The notes below the pieces were generated by a model. That model had not been told where the DNA came from. It made no database searches and was given only the letters and a program-made list of their open reading frames with translations. Source: Azolla caroliniana (taxonomy: Eukaryota; Plantae; Polypodiophyta). From it: a stretch of DNA of 64,000 nt. The stretch lies in the NCBI GenBank assembly GCA_043228905.1, contig JBHGNT010000020.1, forward strand, positions 3,844,001 through 3,908,000. The letters run 5' to 3'. A program made the position numbers and the translations under genes. Below, in pieces: positions 26,201 to 39,439 of this stretch (the stretch's first letter is position 1; the number at the start of each line of letters is the position of its first letter).

Positions 26201-28894
26201 ACTAACACGCGCTTGTTTGGTGCGAGGGTTATAGCACTTATAACCCTTCTGCTCATCCGAGTAACCGACCAAGATGCACTTCTCGGCCTTTGCGTCCAGC
26301 TTCCTCCTTTTCTCCTTCGGTATATGCATATACGCAATGCTACCGAACACCCTCACGTGTCGTAAGTTCGGCTTCGTTCTGAAGTATAGCTGGTGTGCTG
26401 ACACCTTGTCTCCGATCCGGTTCTAGATGTATACCGCGGTCCTTACCGCCTCGGCCTAGTAGAACTTGGGCAAGCTCTTCTCCTCCAGCATTGCCCGTGC
26501 TGCTTCCACAACTGACCGATTCTTCCTCTCGGCCACGCCGTTCTGCTCTGGCGTGTATCTACAACTGAATTCGCGGCGAATTCCCATTTGTTGTAGATAA
26601 CCGTTGAATTGACCGGAAAAGTACTCTTTTCCGCCATCCGACCGCAGGCACTTGATCTTCCGTCCTGTTTCCATTTCCACGAACCCTTTGAGGTCATGGA
26701 AACAGTCAAAGACTTCGCTCTTCCTCTCAATGAGGTAGATCCACGTGTGCCGCGTGTGGTCGTCGATGAAGGAGACGAAATATCGGCTCCCGCCAAGACT
26801 AACGTTTTGTGGTGGCCCCCACACATCGGAGTGTATAAGGTCGAGCTTGTTCCGGCTCCGGTTCCGCTCGTTGGGGAAAGGAAGTCGGTGTTGCTTCCCG
26901 AGTTGGCAGGCTTCACAAATTTGTACCTTTCGGCCACTAAATTTGGGCAATCCGAACACTACCTGTTTCGATTGCATATCTTGAAGCCACTAGTAGTTGA
27001 TGTGGCCTATCCTCTTGTGCCACAAGTCGATGTCCGACTCAGTCTTTTGTCCCTTCGCGAACATTGCGGTGCCGCCGTCAGTGGAGTCGAGGATGAACAT
27101 CCTCCCATCTCTGCGCCCTTGCGCAATCACACGGCCTTCTTCCTCAATGAAGCACCCGAGGTGTGTAAACCGAACCTCCATCCCTTGGTCAACGATCTGT
27201 CCGACCGAAACCAGGTTTTTCGTGATTGTCGGAACGTGCAGCACGTTCATGAGTTTCCCTTTCTGCCCGACATGGCTAAGGGGAACTTCTCCAACATTCG
27301 CGATCGGATGCGGAGTGTCGTCTCCTGTTGCGACTACTCCAGGTTGTATCGGTTTTTCAAGGTACGAGAACCACTCCTTATGGCTCGTCATGTGGTTTGA
27401 CGCGCCGGAGTCTACGTACCACACCTCTTCCGATCTCGGGGTGGTCTGTTTCATTGAGTTTGCTTCGTGTCTCGTCACGAAGGCAGTCCCTTCTCCGACT
27501 CTTCCAGAGTCTTCGGCGTAGTGCGATCGCTGCCGATTTCCCTTGTCTGTATGTCTGGAGCCGCTCCCGGAACCAGTTCTCTCCGAATCGGCGCGCTTCT
27601 TCCAGCACTCACTTTCCCTATGGCCTTTCTTGCCACAGTGCCAGCACTCCGCGATGGACTTCCCTTGCCGGTTCTCATCGCTTTGACTCCCCCTATTTCC
27701 GAAGGGTCCGGAGTTGCTGTCGACATCACTTCGGTGCCTTCTTCCCTGATCTCGTCGGCCGCCTCCATTGCGCGCCGACTCGCCTCATCCTCCACGTCCA
27801 CGGGGCCTATCTCCCTCCGTGTACAGCATTCTACTGTCGGTGTGCGTTCTTGTAGACGCACCCGCGTGGTTCTCCTCTACCAGGAGCATTGACTGTAAGT
27901 CGAAAAAGGACGGCGTATTCTCCCGGGTACACACAGCCGTTCGGAACGCTCCGAACTTCGACGCCAAACCTCTGAGACAGATCTGGACCATCTCACTCTC
28001 CTCAATGTTCACCTCTATGGAGGCGAGGGAGTCGCAGATATCCTTGATCTTTGAGTTATAGTCCGCCACCGACAAGTCGCGTTGTTGTAGGTTGCTCAAC
28101 TCCTGTCGGAGCTGAAGCTTCCTGGCTGTGGTGCTCGCGGCGAAAATCTTCTTCAGATTTTCCCACGCACCCTTCGGCGTCTTTGCATCCCTAACATAGC
28201 TCAATAGCTGTTCACCCACACACGACGCAAAGCAGTATAATACCCTGCTCGCCGATTGCTCCCACGACGGGAAGTCTCTGTGTGTCGATTCGGGTGCCGC
28301 GTCATTAGCTCCTTCGACATAACTCCAGTAGTCGTGCCCGAGCAGGTACTGGTGCATCTTGTAGGACCAAGACGCATAGTTGGTTCTGTCGAGCTTCTCT
28401 GTTGGAAGCGAACTCGCCATGCCTCTATCCATCGTTCTTCTCGTTCTTCTTCGTCAAGCTGTGTCGGCTGCAGAGAGGTTCTCAACCCTCGCGCTCTGAT
28501 ACCATGTAGAAAGTAGCGTGCGGAAGCAGGTATGAAGACCGAACAGAAGGAAGGAAACTCAGGTTCAATGGAGGGCTTGAGCTTACACGGTATACGCAGG
28601 AGAGACAGAGAGAGTGAGAGAAGACAAAAAATAGATTCAATAATAATACTCAGTCTGTACATAAGACGTGCTCAATGAACACTTTTATACAAGTCCTAGA
28701 AGGACTGACTGAAGTACTGACAGTACTTCAATGCTCATCAAGAGCTCCTACACAAACTCCCAAATATATTCCTCACGGAATATCTTTCCTAACGACCTCC
28801 CGGTTTACGCACTCGGCCTAACCGATCGGTCCCAACCGATCTGGTCCTCGACTTCTTCAGCCGATCCGGCCGATGTTGAGCTTGTCTCTCAACA
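23223..28894 (-). mobile_element. Full-length decayed Ty1/Copia: LTRs 23223-23614 and 28505-28894, TSD ACATT, tRNA-iMet PBS
   Basis: TG...CA LTRs differing by ~13 substitutions and one 2-bp indel; PBS TGGTATCAGAGC (28493-28504); PPT next to the 3' LTR; gag, CCHC, DSGAS protease, integrase, RT (LLYVDD) and RNase H with stops and frameshifts. Confidence 0.97.
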
Positions 28895-29719
28895 ACATTA
28901 ATAACCTACCTGTTGGCATAAAAGGCCGACTCCTTCCAAGTTGTATCCGTTCGAGTGTGAACTCATCAATAAGTTAGGGCTTAGTATATAAGCGAATACC
29001 TAACATTGTATAGAGTGACGAGTGACAAAGCGACGAAGCGACGAAGCGTCTCTCTATGTGACATAACCTACATAGCCTTTCCTCTCTAGGGACTCTATTA
29101 GTATGAGCATTCTCAGAGTATCACTTTACATGCAAGTGTCCAACTTATGCCGAGATAAGGACGAAATACCAAGACATACTAGGACCCTCTCCAAACTATT
29201 AGATATCGCGGATATAAAGAGACTAGGTAGGTATATCTTAGAGTTAAAACAACATAGGGAGGAAAAACTACATAATGTTAACCATAATCATTTTAATATT
29301 CACCAACATGTAGCTAATACAAATTTTTAGGAACAAGGGGAGACGATGAATGTGGACACACCTACACCGCTCACTCTCTCTTGAGGAAGCAAAGATGCAA
29401 AGAATAACCAAACGCCCTCAGATGTCGGGCTTCAAAGCAACTCGACTTGGAGTAGAAACAATTAAGAAGATAAGGGAACATGAGATATGCCACCTAACAA
29501 CTATGGATGCGGTATCTTTTACATTGGGACCATGGACCACCTTCACATCGAAACCCTTTGACCTTTCGCTTCTTTTCGAGAGACTTGGATGAAAATGAAA
29601 ATATGCCTAGTATAAAGTCATTTCCTTATAGAACATGTTTTTTTTGCTAGAACTCTTTAGCTTAAGTTCAATTCTATACTTCTTTTTTTACTTTCGATGA
29701 ATGGGTAAATAACCCCTCC

Positions 29720-32700
29720 TTTTTTTTCCAAAACAAACTCCTTCCATTAGTTATAAAATTTTACAAATGAGACGATTATGTACAAATCCCTGTAGGGATG
29801 CAATAGTTCCATCTTATGTGGATGCCCACTGGCTCAAGAAAGGGAGAGGACAACCATTGTTGGATGAAGGCTATTCGTTGTCTTTCAACTCCATCAGAGC
29901 CGCCCTTGAGGCCATCATATTGGCTCTTTAGAGTGGCTACAATTTCACTCCATATCTCTTCCAATAACCTTGTTGGATGCGCGGTTTGGTTGGAGAAGAC
30001 CCGTCTACACCGTTGTTTCCATAGAATCCAAAGAGTTATTGGGCTGACCAATTCCAACACAACTTGAGATTTGTCATTAAGAGGACTTGAGTGGACATTG
30101 CCGCTAGTGGAGAATAAAACCTCTTGTGCTTTTATCACCAAAGTCATCCCCTCCTAATGCTCGTATCTGCCAACTGGGGTCTACCATGATAGCCAACATA
30201 TATTTCCCCACTTGATTGAGCCTTGCACATGGCATAATTGCAACAAGCGGCCAACCCTTCGCCATATTTGATGGAACGTTGGGTCGTCCCACAGAGCGTG
30301 TCGTATTGATTCTACTGCATTTGGACACTCTACACAATTAGGAGAGCTAAGGTTCCCACGTTGCCATGCTCCCACCGGTAGGGACTTCTGTATTAATAGC
30401 CATTAGAACGTGGTAATTCGCCTCGCGTGTTGTTGTTTCCAGATTTTCTACCAAAACTTCATGATAATTGTGGGAGAACTTGAAATGTGTGCCAAACCTT
30501 CGTAGTAGTCGGCTCTCTGGTAGTTTGAGCAACTAGAATGTGGCGACCCAATCTAGTTTTGAATTGGAAGAAAGGGATGGGTTTGCTTCCTTGCCTCGTG
30601 TAAGGATCACGCTATCGTGAAAAATCTGTCACTACGTGCGAATCATGAGGCGGAACCGCCGGGGTCTTGAACCGGAAGGATTCGATGTTTTTAGCAGCGT
30701 AAATGAGAAAGTATTGAAGATAGATATATGGATGAAGAGAGAGAGAGAGAGAAAGAGATTGAAATAGAGATTGAACCCTTGACTTTAGTTTTACGAGACA
30801 AGATACATCACCATTAGGATAACTCAGATATTTGATTAAAAAATTCTTTTTTTACTTACCTCCTCTTTTTCTTTTTTACACAAACCCAACTATAGGCTTT
30901 TATAGGTCTCTCCATGCAAAAACCATGGGCTAAAACCATATGGATGAAGAGAGAGAGAGAGAGAGATTAAAATAGAGATTGAACCCTTGACTTTAGTTTT
31001 ACGAGACAAGATACATCACCATTAGGATAACTCAGATATTTGATTAAAAAATTCTTTTTTTACTTACCTCCTCTTTTTCTTTTTTACACAAGCCCAACTA
31101 TAGGCTTTTATAGGTCTCTCCATGCAAAAACCATGGGCTAAACCCACGGGCTAAAACCATGATTTGAAACCATGGGCTAAAACCTCGAGCTAAAACCATG
31201 GTTTTGTTCCCACGGTTTCTATATGTTTGCTTCCTACAAAATAATGAATATGAAAAGAAAATATACAAATTTTACAGCACTCAGTAGTGGCTTTAATGGT
31301 AAGTAATTTGTCTCCTATCGTGGAGGTGCAAGGTTCAAGTTTTACTTGCACCCTGTAAACACAAAAAAAAAATACAAGGCTTTAGTCTTGTATTTACAAA
31401 TGTTTTACTGCATATTACACCTTTAGTCGACCTCCAATGAACCGATGGAACCTATAGACAATTTTGTTCGTTTCACACCGAGAATCTTCAAGACACCGTG
31501 CATCGTGATCCACCGATCCGGTCAGCATTCGATCCGGTCCCGTCCCGACCGGTCCGCATCCGATCCGGTCCGGTGCCGTCCGGATCCGTCCAAAACCCTA
31601 TTTAAATAACTTGGCCGCATCCATTCATCTAAGTTATAAAACCCTTAACCTTTATGTGCTCTAAACACATAGATATAATATAAAGAGTTATGGCTCTACT
31701 TATATACTTTGTGTTAAGAATTCGGTAAGTAATTAAGAGTTAATTAGTACCTAATTATGTGATTAAGTTAAGTGCGGAAGATTATGTGATATGTGTGTGT
31801 ATGTGTGAGAGAGGAAGAGAGAGAGAGATATACAACACAAGATGAGGGATGAGTAAGTATATTAAATTAGCATTATCATCATCAAATACAAAAATACCCA
31901 CAATGAGGTATATATACATCTCATGTGCAAAGGTGCACATGTGTGAGTAGAATATAGGTACTAATGTGTAAGTCCTATATTAAATGTACTTAGGAGTGGA
32001 GGATCTAGAATATCTCACTTAAGTACAAGGTCCTATTTAAGGTGTTATAGTCAACACTTCTAACTAGATTCTGACTAGATTCTATCTAGGTAATTACAAA
32101 GTTACATGGTTGACTAACGAACTAAACTAAATTGAGCTTGATCTCTCAACACTTTGGAATCCTGATGTTGTCTTATCTATGTGGGATATCTCACAGTTTT
32201 GTTTTCCTCTTCTTCTTCTCAAACTTCACACTCATATAACTTAACACTTAGTTGTCTGTTTCACATGTAGTAAAATACATTTAGAAGCTCTTGATGACAT
32301 CCATCTTTTCATACCAAGATATTAAACTAATCTAAAATAGTATCTTTACTATTATTGTTTCATATCGTGTGTAAAGAACCACACTCGATTTTGTATGTTC
32401 CTCCCAATTTTCACACCATTGCGGAAAATCTTCACGACAACGCCATCTACATTGCAAAGGGTCCCAACTGATCTTATGTAGCCATCTGTTTTCATGAGTA
32501 TATATGTGCCAATCAGGTTGTACTTTGATCGGCTCAGGATCTACAATCCATTTATGACCAGTATACGCGAGTACTCAAATTCTGTTATTCTGTGTTGGTG
32601 TCTTAGTGTCTCGCAATTCAGAGCCTTCGATCTTGTCTAGTGTTCCCCTACCTCTCAGGATCAGAGATCCCTCCTCCTCGTAGCCAATCCATTTCTCCAT

Positions 32701-33200
32701 TGTCGTTCTTTGAGTAGCAGTTTCCCTAATCAGTAGAGCGTTAATGATTTCCGATCTCATAGTCCATCCGCCCCTGATTCCATGGAGTATGTTGGCTTGA
32801 TCTTGTAGTGGCAGTGACATAAACCGTTGCCAACATTCTATACTTTTTCCTGAACCTTCTAGAATGTATCCCCATGAAAACTCCTTACGTGATCCCAGTA
32901 GTTGATTAGATTCATCCTTGATACATGGGTTCCATAGGATACGTTGACTGAGCCAGGTAGGTTCGGAACACGGTTGATCGCACTTGAGCCCTCGTCTAAT
33001 GTCACACCATGCCTTCCACATGGATGCACTGAATCTATTCTCCAATTGGCGGGAGAGTCTAGGTTGGAGATCCATGTTTAGAATCCATCCCGTTTGGGGG
33101 GCCCAATTGAACCCTTTTCGTGGTCTAAAGTAAGCGAAACGCAACCGCAGTAGTATTTTCCAAGAGTCATTTCCTGGTTGGAGTCCTCGCACGACAAATT
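29720..33200 (-). mobile_element. 5'-truncated L1-type LINE ORF2 C-terminal region (zf-RVT-like), split by a solo LTR
   Basis: CVECPNAVESIRHALW, LWILWKQRCRRVF, SWKILLR..MWKAW..ILWNP motifs; T-run near 29720. Confidence 0.75.
30613..32439 (-). mobile_element. Long solo LTR (1.83 kb) of the Trp-primed Gypsy family with exact 4-bp TSD ACGC
   Basis: acgc|TATCGTGAAAAATCTGTCACTACG...TCTTCACGACA|acgc; start homologous to the LTR at 18825; ~210-bp internal tandem duplication (~30726-31145); A/B-box module 31285-31352. Confidence 0.9.
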
Positions 33201-33456
33201 TGACAAGTAAGGCTTTTGATTCTGAAAGGGGATGAATTGGGCCAATTTTGATTTTGATTGTAAACCAATTGTCTCATATAGGCCAATTTTAGTCCTAGAA
33301 GAAGTTAATATATCTTTCTTTCTTTCTCTCTCCATCATCACTTCCATAGTTAGCACTGACAGACAGACAGAGCCAATCGGTTTCATCATCATCATCATCA
33401 TCAGTAGCTCCAGCTGCCAGCAAACTCCTGCTTCAACAAATCACCATCTCTTTCCC

Positions 33457-33672
33457 ATGGCTTCTTCTTCCTGCTGCTCTTTCATTTCGGTACCTTCTCT
33501 TCCCTCCTCCCTCCACTTCTCTTTGTTCTGCTACAATCTGTAGAGTTTCCGCATTTTCATCTTTCTCTCTCTCTCATGGTTCATCTCTCAATTATTTCGT
33601 CTGTTTCCTAGCTACGTTCACGGAGAATTATTCGGGTCCCTTTTCTCTTCTGATTATATGAATATAATTTCT

Positions 33673-33715
<43 letters not shown>

Positions 33716-36700
33716 TATATATATATATATTATCTATATGATGCTGTTTTTCTTTTCGTTTCTCTAACTGTACATTTGTGATACTCGTAAAACTTTCTCT
33801 TTCTTCTTTGCTCTTTGCAAAATTATCGTCTTCTTAATTGTTTTTCTGTATTTAGTTCTGCTCACACATTCTCATTGTCTACTTTTCTAGCCATATATTT
33901 ATTTATTGTAAACCTTTATCTTTCATTCTGTTGATTTTACTTTCCCCGTGCATTTCTTCTCGTGGTTGCGTCCTCATTTTCTATCTATGCTAGGATGAAT
34001 ATACTGCTTTCTGCTCAAAAGTACATTGACCTGTAATTCTGTTGGAATTGTTTCTATTATTATGATTTATCGGTGGAATCGTTTCTTGGAATTGTGGCAA
34101 TATTTGTGCTGATTGATTTTACAAATCTTTTCCATTTTTGAAGGTTATTTGGAGCCAGTTTTTCGAATTGTTTCTGTTTTGATAGCTATTCTGGTGGATT
34201 TGTTTGAAATTGTTTCTAACGTTATGAGTGCTTTTATTTTCTTTATTTGGCTTCATATTTTCCTTATCTAACAAGATGACAGGAAAATGCTGCATCAAAG
34301 GCGTCTGTGTCCCCATGGATCTCTCGTTCTTCTTCTATATTAAATTCAATGTCTGTAAGATCACCTTCAATCTGCATGAAGAACAAATCAGATAAATCTA
34401 TGGCACTTCGTTCTACCTCATGTTCCTTTACGACAGGCCTATATCACATCAGAATTCCTTGTGCTACCCTCTCTTCAACGAGAACACAAAGGATTCCAGT
34501 AAAATCTATTTCTCAGGTAAGTTTATCAGTTAGTCTCATGTGCGCTTAAGAGCTATTTCTCAAGTAAGTTATCATAATCCATGTTCCCTGGGAAAAAAAA
34601 GTTCACTTTGTTGCTAGATTCTGGAACTTTTCAGTTGGGAGACAGGGAACAGAATCTCTCTACTAAACTCCAATAAGTTTTTGTTCCCCTCCACATGATT
34701 TCTTATATCGGTTTTTTTCTGAGCAGTAATAATAAACCGTTGTTGTCAGTAGCTGGTTATAATATCTTTTGTAATTGGCATCCTGTGCATGATTAAATGT
34801 TTTCCTGTTGTCATTTTGACAAATGGCATAGGAACTAAACATCAGCGATACGAATGAACAGAACATTTCTATAAAATTGTGCTTTTTTATGATTTCTTAT
34901 CATTTCATGCATATGAAAGAAACTCAGGTCGATTAGGTAAAGAAATTCTACCCAAATTCTACTCACAAATCTTTTCAGTGAATAGTTGGTCTAGCATTTG
35001 TTTGTAATTGTCCTCATGAGCATGGAGTGGTTTTTCCTTATTCCATTTTGTGAAGTGACGTAGGAACTCAATAGAACCACTCACCACGAAATTCTTTAAC
35101 AGGATATTAATCATAAGTTGTCTGATCATATCAAACTTACACTGATTTGGAAGCTTTTTTAGGAAGTGAAACCTCAAGCAAAGGTCACAAAAAAATGCTA
35201 CTTTGATATTGAGATTGGGGGAGTGCCAGCTGGAAGGATTGTTATTGGTCTCTTTGGGGATGATGTTCCCAAAACTACAGAGAATTTCCGTGCACTTTGT
35301 ACAGGTGATGCTGATCTTTTAAATTTTGAGATGATAAAGAGTTCAGATATGTAACATTATCATCTATTTGGCTAAGCAGTTGATTATTGACCTATGTTCT
35401 TAACAAGTAAATAGTAATCGATTGTAGTGAGCAATAAATGGTAACTAAGTTCTATATATCCTGTAGAAACAAGATGCTTGTTTCAAAGTTTGATCATAGA
35501 TTTGGTGAATATATGTACCATGTAAATATGTATTTCCTTGTTCGAATTAATGCATGTTGATATGTTGACATGTTAGACAACACAACACAAGTTAGAACTT
35601 ACTAACGTGATAACAATATGGATTTCTATAAATTGAAAATAAATAGTTGAGGTAATGCCGTTAAACATATTGGCAATGCTTTATTCTCTTTTCCCTCTCT
35701 AAACAGGAGCAGTCAGAGTGTCACTTTGTCATGTAATTGCTATTTCTAGCAAAATTCTAATCATAATATTACTGTAGTTGGATGTGTTTAGGGTTTTATT
35801 GTGAAATTTCTGCACTAGTGTAGGAATGGGGCTCATTCACCCTAGCATTTTATTGTTATCTAACTATAAAATAGGGTTTCTAATTTGCTGTTTTCTGATC
35901 AGAAAATATGAGTTTTTATCACTACTACATATCACAAATAAGGATTTCCTGATCTGTCCTTTACCAACATAGTATTATACATTCCAAAATATGTATAACT
36001 GTGAAAGCTAATGTGTAGAATGTCATTTATAAATCATAAATAACTTGAGAACAGGTGAGAAAGGATTTGGTTACAAAGGATCAGTTTTCCATCGTGTGAT
36101 TCAAGATTTCATGATCCAAGGGGGAGACTTTGAGAATGGTGATGTACGTATATGTGATTTCAGATTTTGCAGGATATTATAAATGCATGTTACAACTTCT
36201 GTTGAATTCCATTTCAAGAATGTCATAAATATATGAATTCACTACAGGGAACAGGCGGATACAGTGTCTATGGCTCCAAGTTTAAAGATGAAAACTTCAA
36301 ACGTGAGTGCCAAATTGCAAAATTTTAGCTGGATGTTTAAGCATTCAGATGGAGAAGTTTCATGGGTCTTAAATTTAAACCTATTTGGTCTATTTCGGCA
36401 GTGGTTCACACTGGACCTGGAGTATTGAGTATGGCAAATGCTGGTCCAAACACCAATGGAAGCCAGTTTTTCATTTGTACTATCAAGGTGCATTTTCTGA
36501 GCACTTTCTATTATTATGTTTGTTTGTGGTGATTTTGAGCAAAATTTAAACACAAATTATTGCTTTCTTGATGCATTATTGCTTGTTATGTTTGTGAGCG
36601 TGCATGTACGAGGGTATCGGTGCCATAGTGATAATTTTACAGTTAGTTTGAACTGCTTGTGTCTGTATTGTGAAGAATGAACTACGTATCTTCGGCCATT

Positions 36701-37824
36701 GAGAATTCACTAACTGTAATTTCAGCAAATCACTCCTGAGTTTGCTTTAGGTTCTGTGATTTATAGGAGAGGGTGCCCCGGAGTGGCCTTGGGGGTAGTA
36801 CAATACCAAGGGGATGCAGATGGTGCTTTCTCCGTGAAAGATATTAGGTCAAAATCAGGTTGCCTGATCAGATACAGCAGTCGACCTTAGCCAAAAGCCC
36901 TCAAGGAATGAGCTTTCAGAGTTTGTGGGTCCTTTGTTAGGCCATGCCCAAAGCCTTGGCATGTGAGATATATATCCTGATCAGACAGCATCATGCAATA
37001 TCTTCTGTAAGAGAAAAAGAACGCATAACAAAAGATTAAGTAACTGAATTGTTTTGTGAGAAGCCTTGCAATTCAAATGTCCTGTGACCCTCTTTTTGTT
37101 TGAGGTTTCTAGTTCATAGGGACTAAACATTATGGTCACCAAGACTGTTCACTGTCTTTCACTTGCTCTTGCCCTACAAGAACCTCTTTTGAGTTGTCTT
37201 TTTAAGAAGGCTGAAGCTAAGGCTAGATGGTTTTTCACAGCCCGAAATATTGAATCATCCTTCTTTAATACGACATTGACAACGTGTGACCAATTTAGCC
37301 GTTTCTCTAGTGTTGGAACTAATACCATGGCTGGGTGGTTTTTGAATTATTGATATCTTGTTATGTTCATAAATCCCTGTGTGATTTCTAAATAAGGGCA
37401 ATGATATCAATACGAGTATATCAAATATAGTTTCTAACACATGCACCATTCCCAAGAATTTTATTTTTTGGCCCGCAGTCTTCCAAACTGTCTAATAGAC
37501 ATTTTAGTCTAATGGCTTTATATTTGATGAGTTCTTGTGCTCTTTTGGGTCATCGGATATTATATAGCTAATGTTGTCATAAATGCAGCATCCGTTCTTT
37601 GCTTTTAGTCTTCACAGTTTTAGCTTTTTGGTTGATGATTCCTTCACAGCTTTAGCATTTTGATTGATGATTCCTTGCAGACGGCTTGGCTGGACAATCG
37701 GCATGTGGTCTTTGGACAGGTGTTAGAAGGCATGGATATTGTAAAGATAATTGAATCACAAAGTACTGATAGGATGGATAGGCCCAAGAAGAAGGTAGTT
37801 ATTGCTGATTCTGGTGTCTTGTAA
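33457..37824 (+). CDS. Plastid-targeted cyclophilin-type peptidyl-prolyl isomerase (CYP20-3/CYP20-2-like), 7 exons: 33457-33489, 34283-34516, 35163-35304, 36055-36143, 36248-36302, 36402-36487, 37681-37824 (260 aa)
   Basis: All introns GT-AG with matching phases, 783 nt total; Ser-rich transit-peptide-like N-terminus; [69 protein letters not shown]. Exons 1-2 are less certain than exons 3-7. Confidence 0.95.
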
Positions 37825-39439
37825 TATAAAGGCTTGCTCCTTACATATTAGGATGCATATGCTCACTGAATCAGGTACATTGATCCAGTAGTGTTGAAAT
37901 TTTACCGTGCCATAGTCATGGAAATAATGACTATATTAGTACTGAAGTGATGGTGTCGCAATTGGTTTAGGAGCAATTTTCTTTTATGCCATGTATGCTT
38001 CTGATTCATGGAAAGGCAAAAGCTACTGCTCAGATGGTCAGTAAATGAAAAAATTTCAACTTATTTTACAGTTTACATGTATATGATTGTGAAGGTTATT
38101 TTCAAAGATCATAAAGTCTCACATGTAAGGACCTTTGATTGATTGTCATGTCACAACCTTGGGTTAACATTCTTACATATAACAATTTCTGGTTTGAAGG
38201 TATTGACATCATTTGTGCAAAAGGATCCTTACACACGCTACTTTTGGCTGTGGCCTTTAGCTAGATTGGGCAGTGAATGATGGGTCGTTGCCCAGGTTTC
38301 GAATTGATATAGGGGTGAATGAGGCCAAGGCATGATCCTTCATAACATCAAGTTTCAGTGCACTCAACGGAAAATTGGAAAAGTTTACACACTAAATTGA
38401 GAGCAATATTTTAGAGAAGGGAAATGCCAAGAACCTTAAAATTGTTTCAGTTTGGGTCTTGATGATGATTTGCTAACATCCATGGAGGGGTAACATGGGG
38501 CGGTCTCATGGGACAAACAATAATTACAATACACTTACAAAGAACGCTCACTAGTTGCAAAACAAGTTTCAAAACAAAAAGAAACAAAAACAAAACAAAA
38601 AGAAACCTATAACCTAAATGTTGTACCGGCAAACTATCTGTAGCTTAATTTTATCTGTTGGGGTTTTCCATCACTTCAATTTGCGTTTGATTGAGTAGAT
38701 GAGAAGTAACCTTGAAGTTGTTGGCAATAGTTTCACCTTGGTGGAAGTTATTATGTTCAATGCTTCAATTACCTTTGTTTGCCTAGATTTTTCTATAGTT
38801 TCGCATTTATTTATGAACAATAAGATCAATAATATGCATAAAGCATCAGGTGATTTGGTGACTTACTAATGCTTCTCTTTGTGTTAGATCGTTGTTGGGT
38901 CCGATAGATAGCTTTTATAAGCTAGGTGGGTGAGAGTGCGTGTCAAGCAACCTTGCGTACTAATGAATCACCTAGTTGTCGGGATTGAATAGATAGCTTT
39001 TGTGAGCTAGGTGGGTGAAGAATGGGTGTCAATAAACATTTGAGCATATAAATGAATCACTTGGTTTCCATTAGTGAACTCTTAACGCTTCCATGGGCTT
39101 TTGCTCGACATCTAAGCTTTCACACTTCTCAAGCTTCGTGAATTTGAGCTACAGATTCTTCATTCTTTTTATGAGCTCATCAATTGCTCACTTTGACACT
39201 TTTTCTTTGCCAACCTTTGCGTGGATTTCTATTTCTTGCTTTGGATGTTCTTTGGCAGACACTTTTATTCGGATGTCATATCCATCCTGCATTCTCAATC
39301 TGCCCCTTTTGAGTACTTGACAAACCTTCAGTACCTCCGCCTAGTTAGACACCAAATTGGTTGTGCTCTTCGGACCTTGAAAGGAATGGTGAGATCTTTC
39401 TTGAAAGATTTCTTTGTTGTGCGGACAATGCCCAACCGG

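Noticed and set aside
28911-29600. Possible LTR starting TGTTGGCA and short ORFs 29103-29592
   Set aside because: No matching end, TSD or recognisable protein motif found.
33675-33730. (CT)n/(TA)n tracts in cyclophilin intron 1 and (GA)n tracts in LTRs
   Set aside because: Ordinary microsatellites.
38905-39065. Two ~80-bp degenerate direct repeats downstream of the cyclophilin
   Set aside because: Only two diverged copies with no supporting structure.
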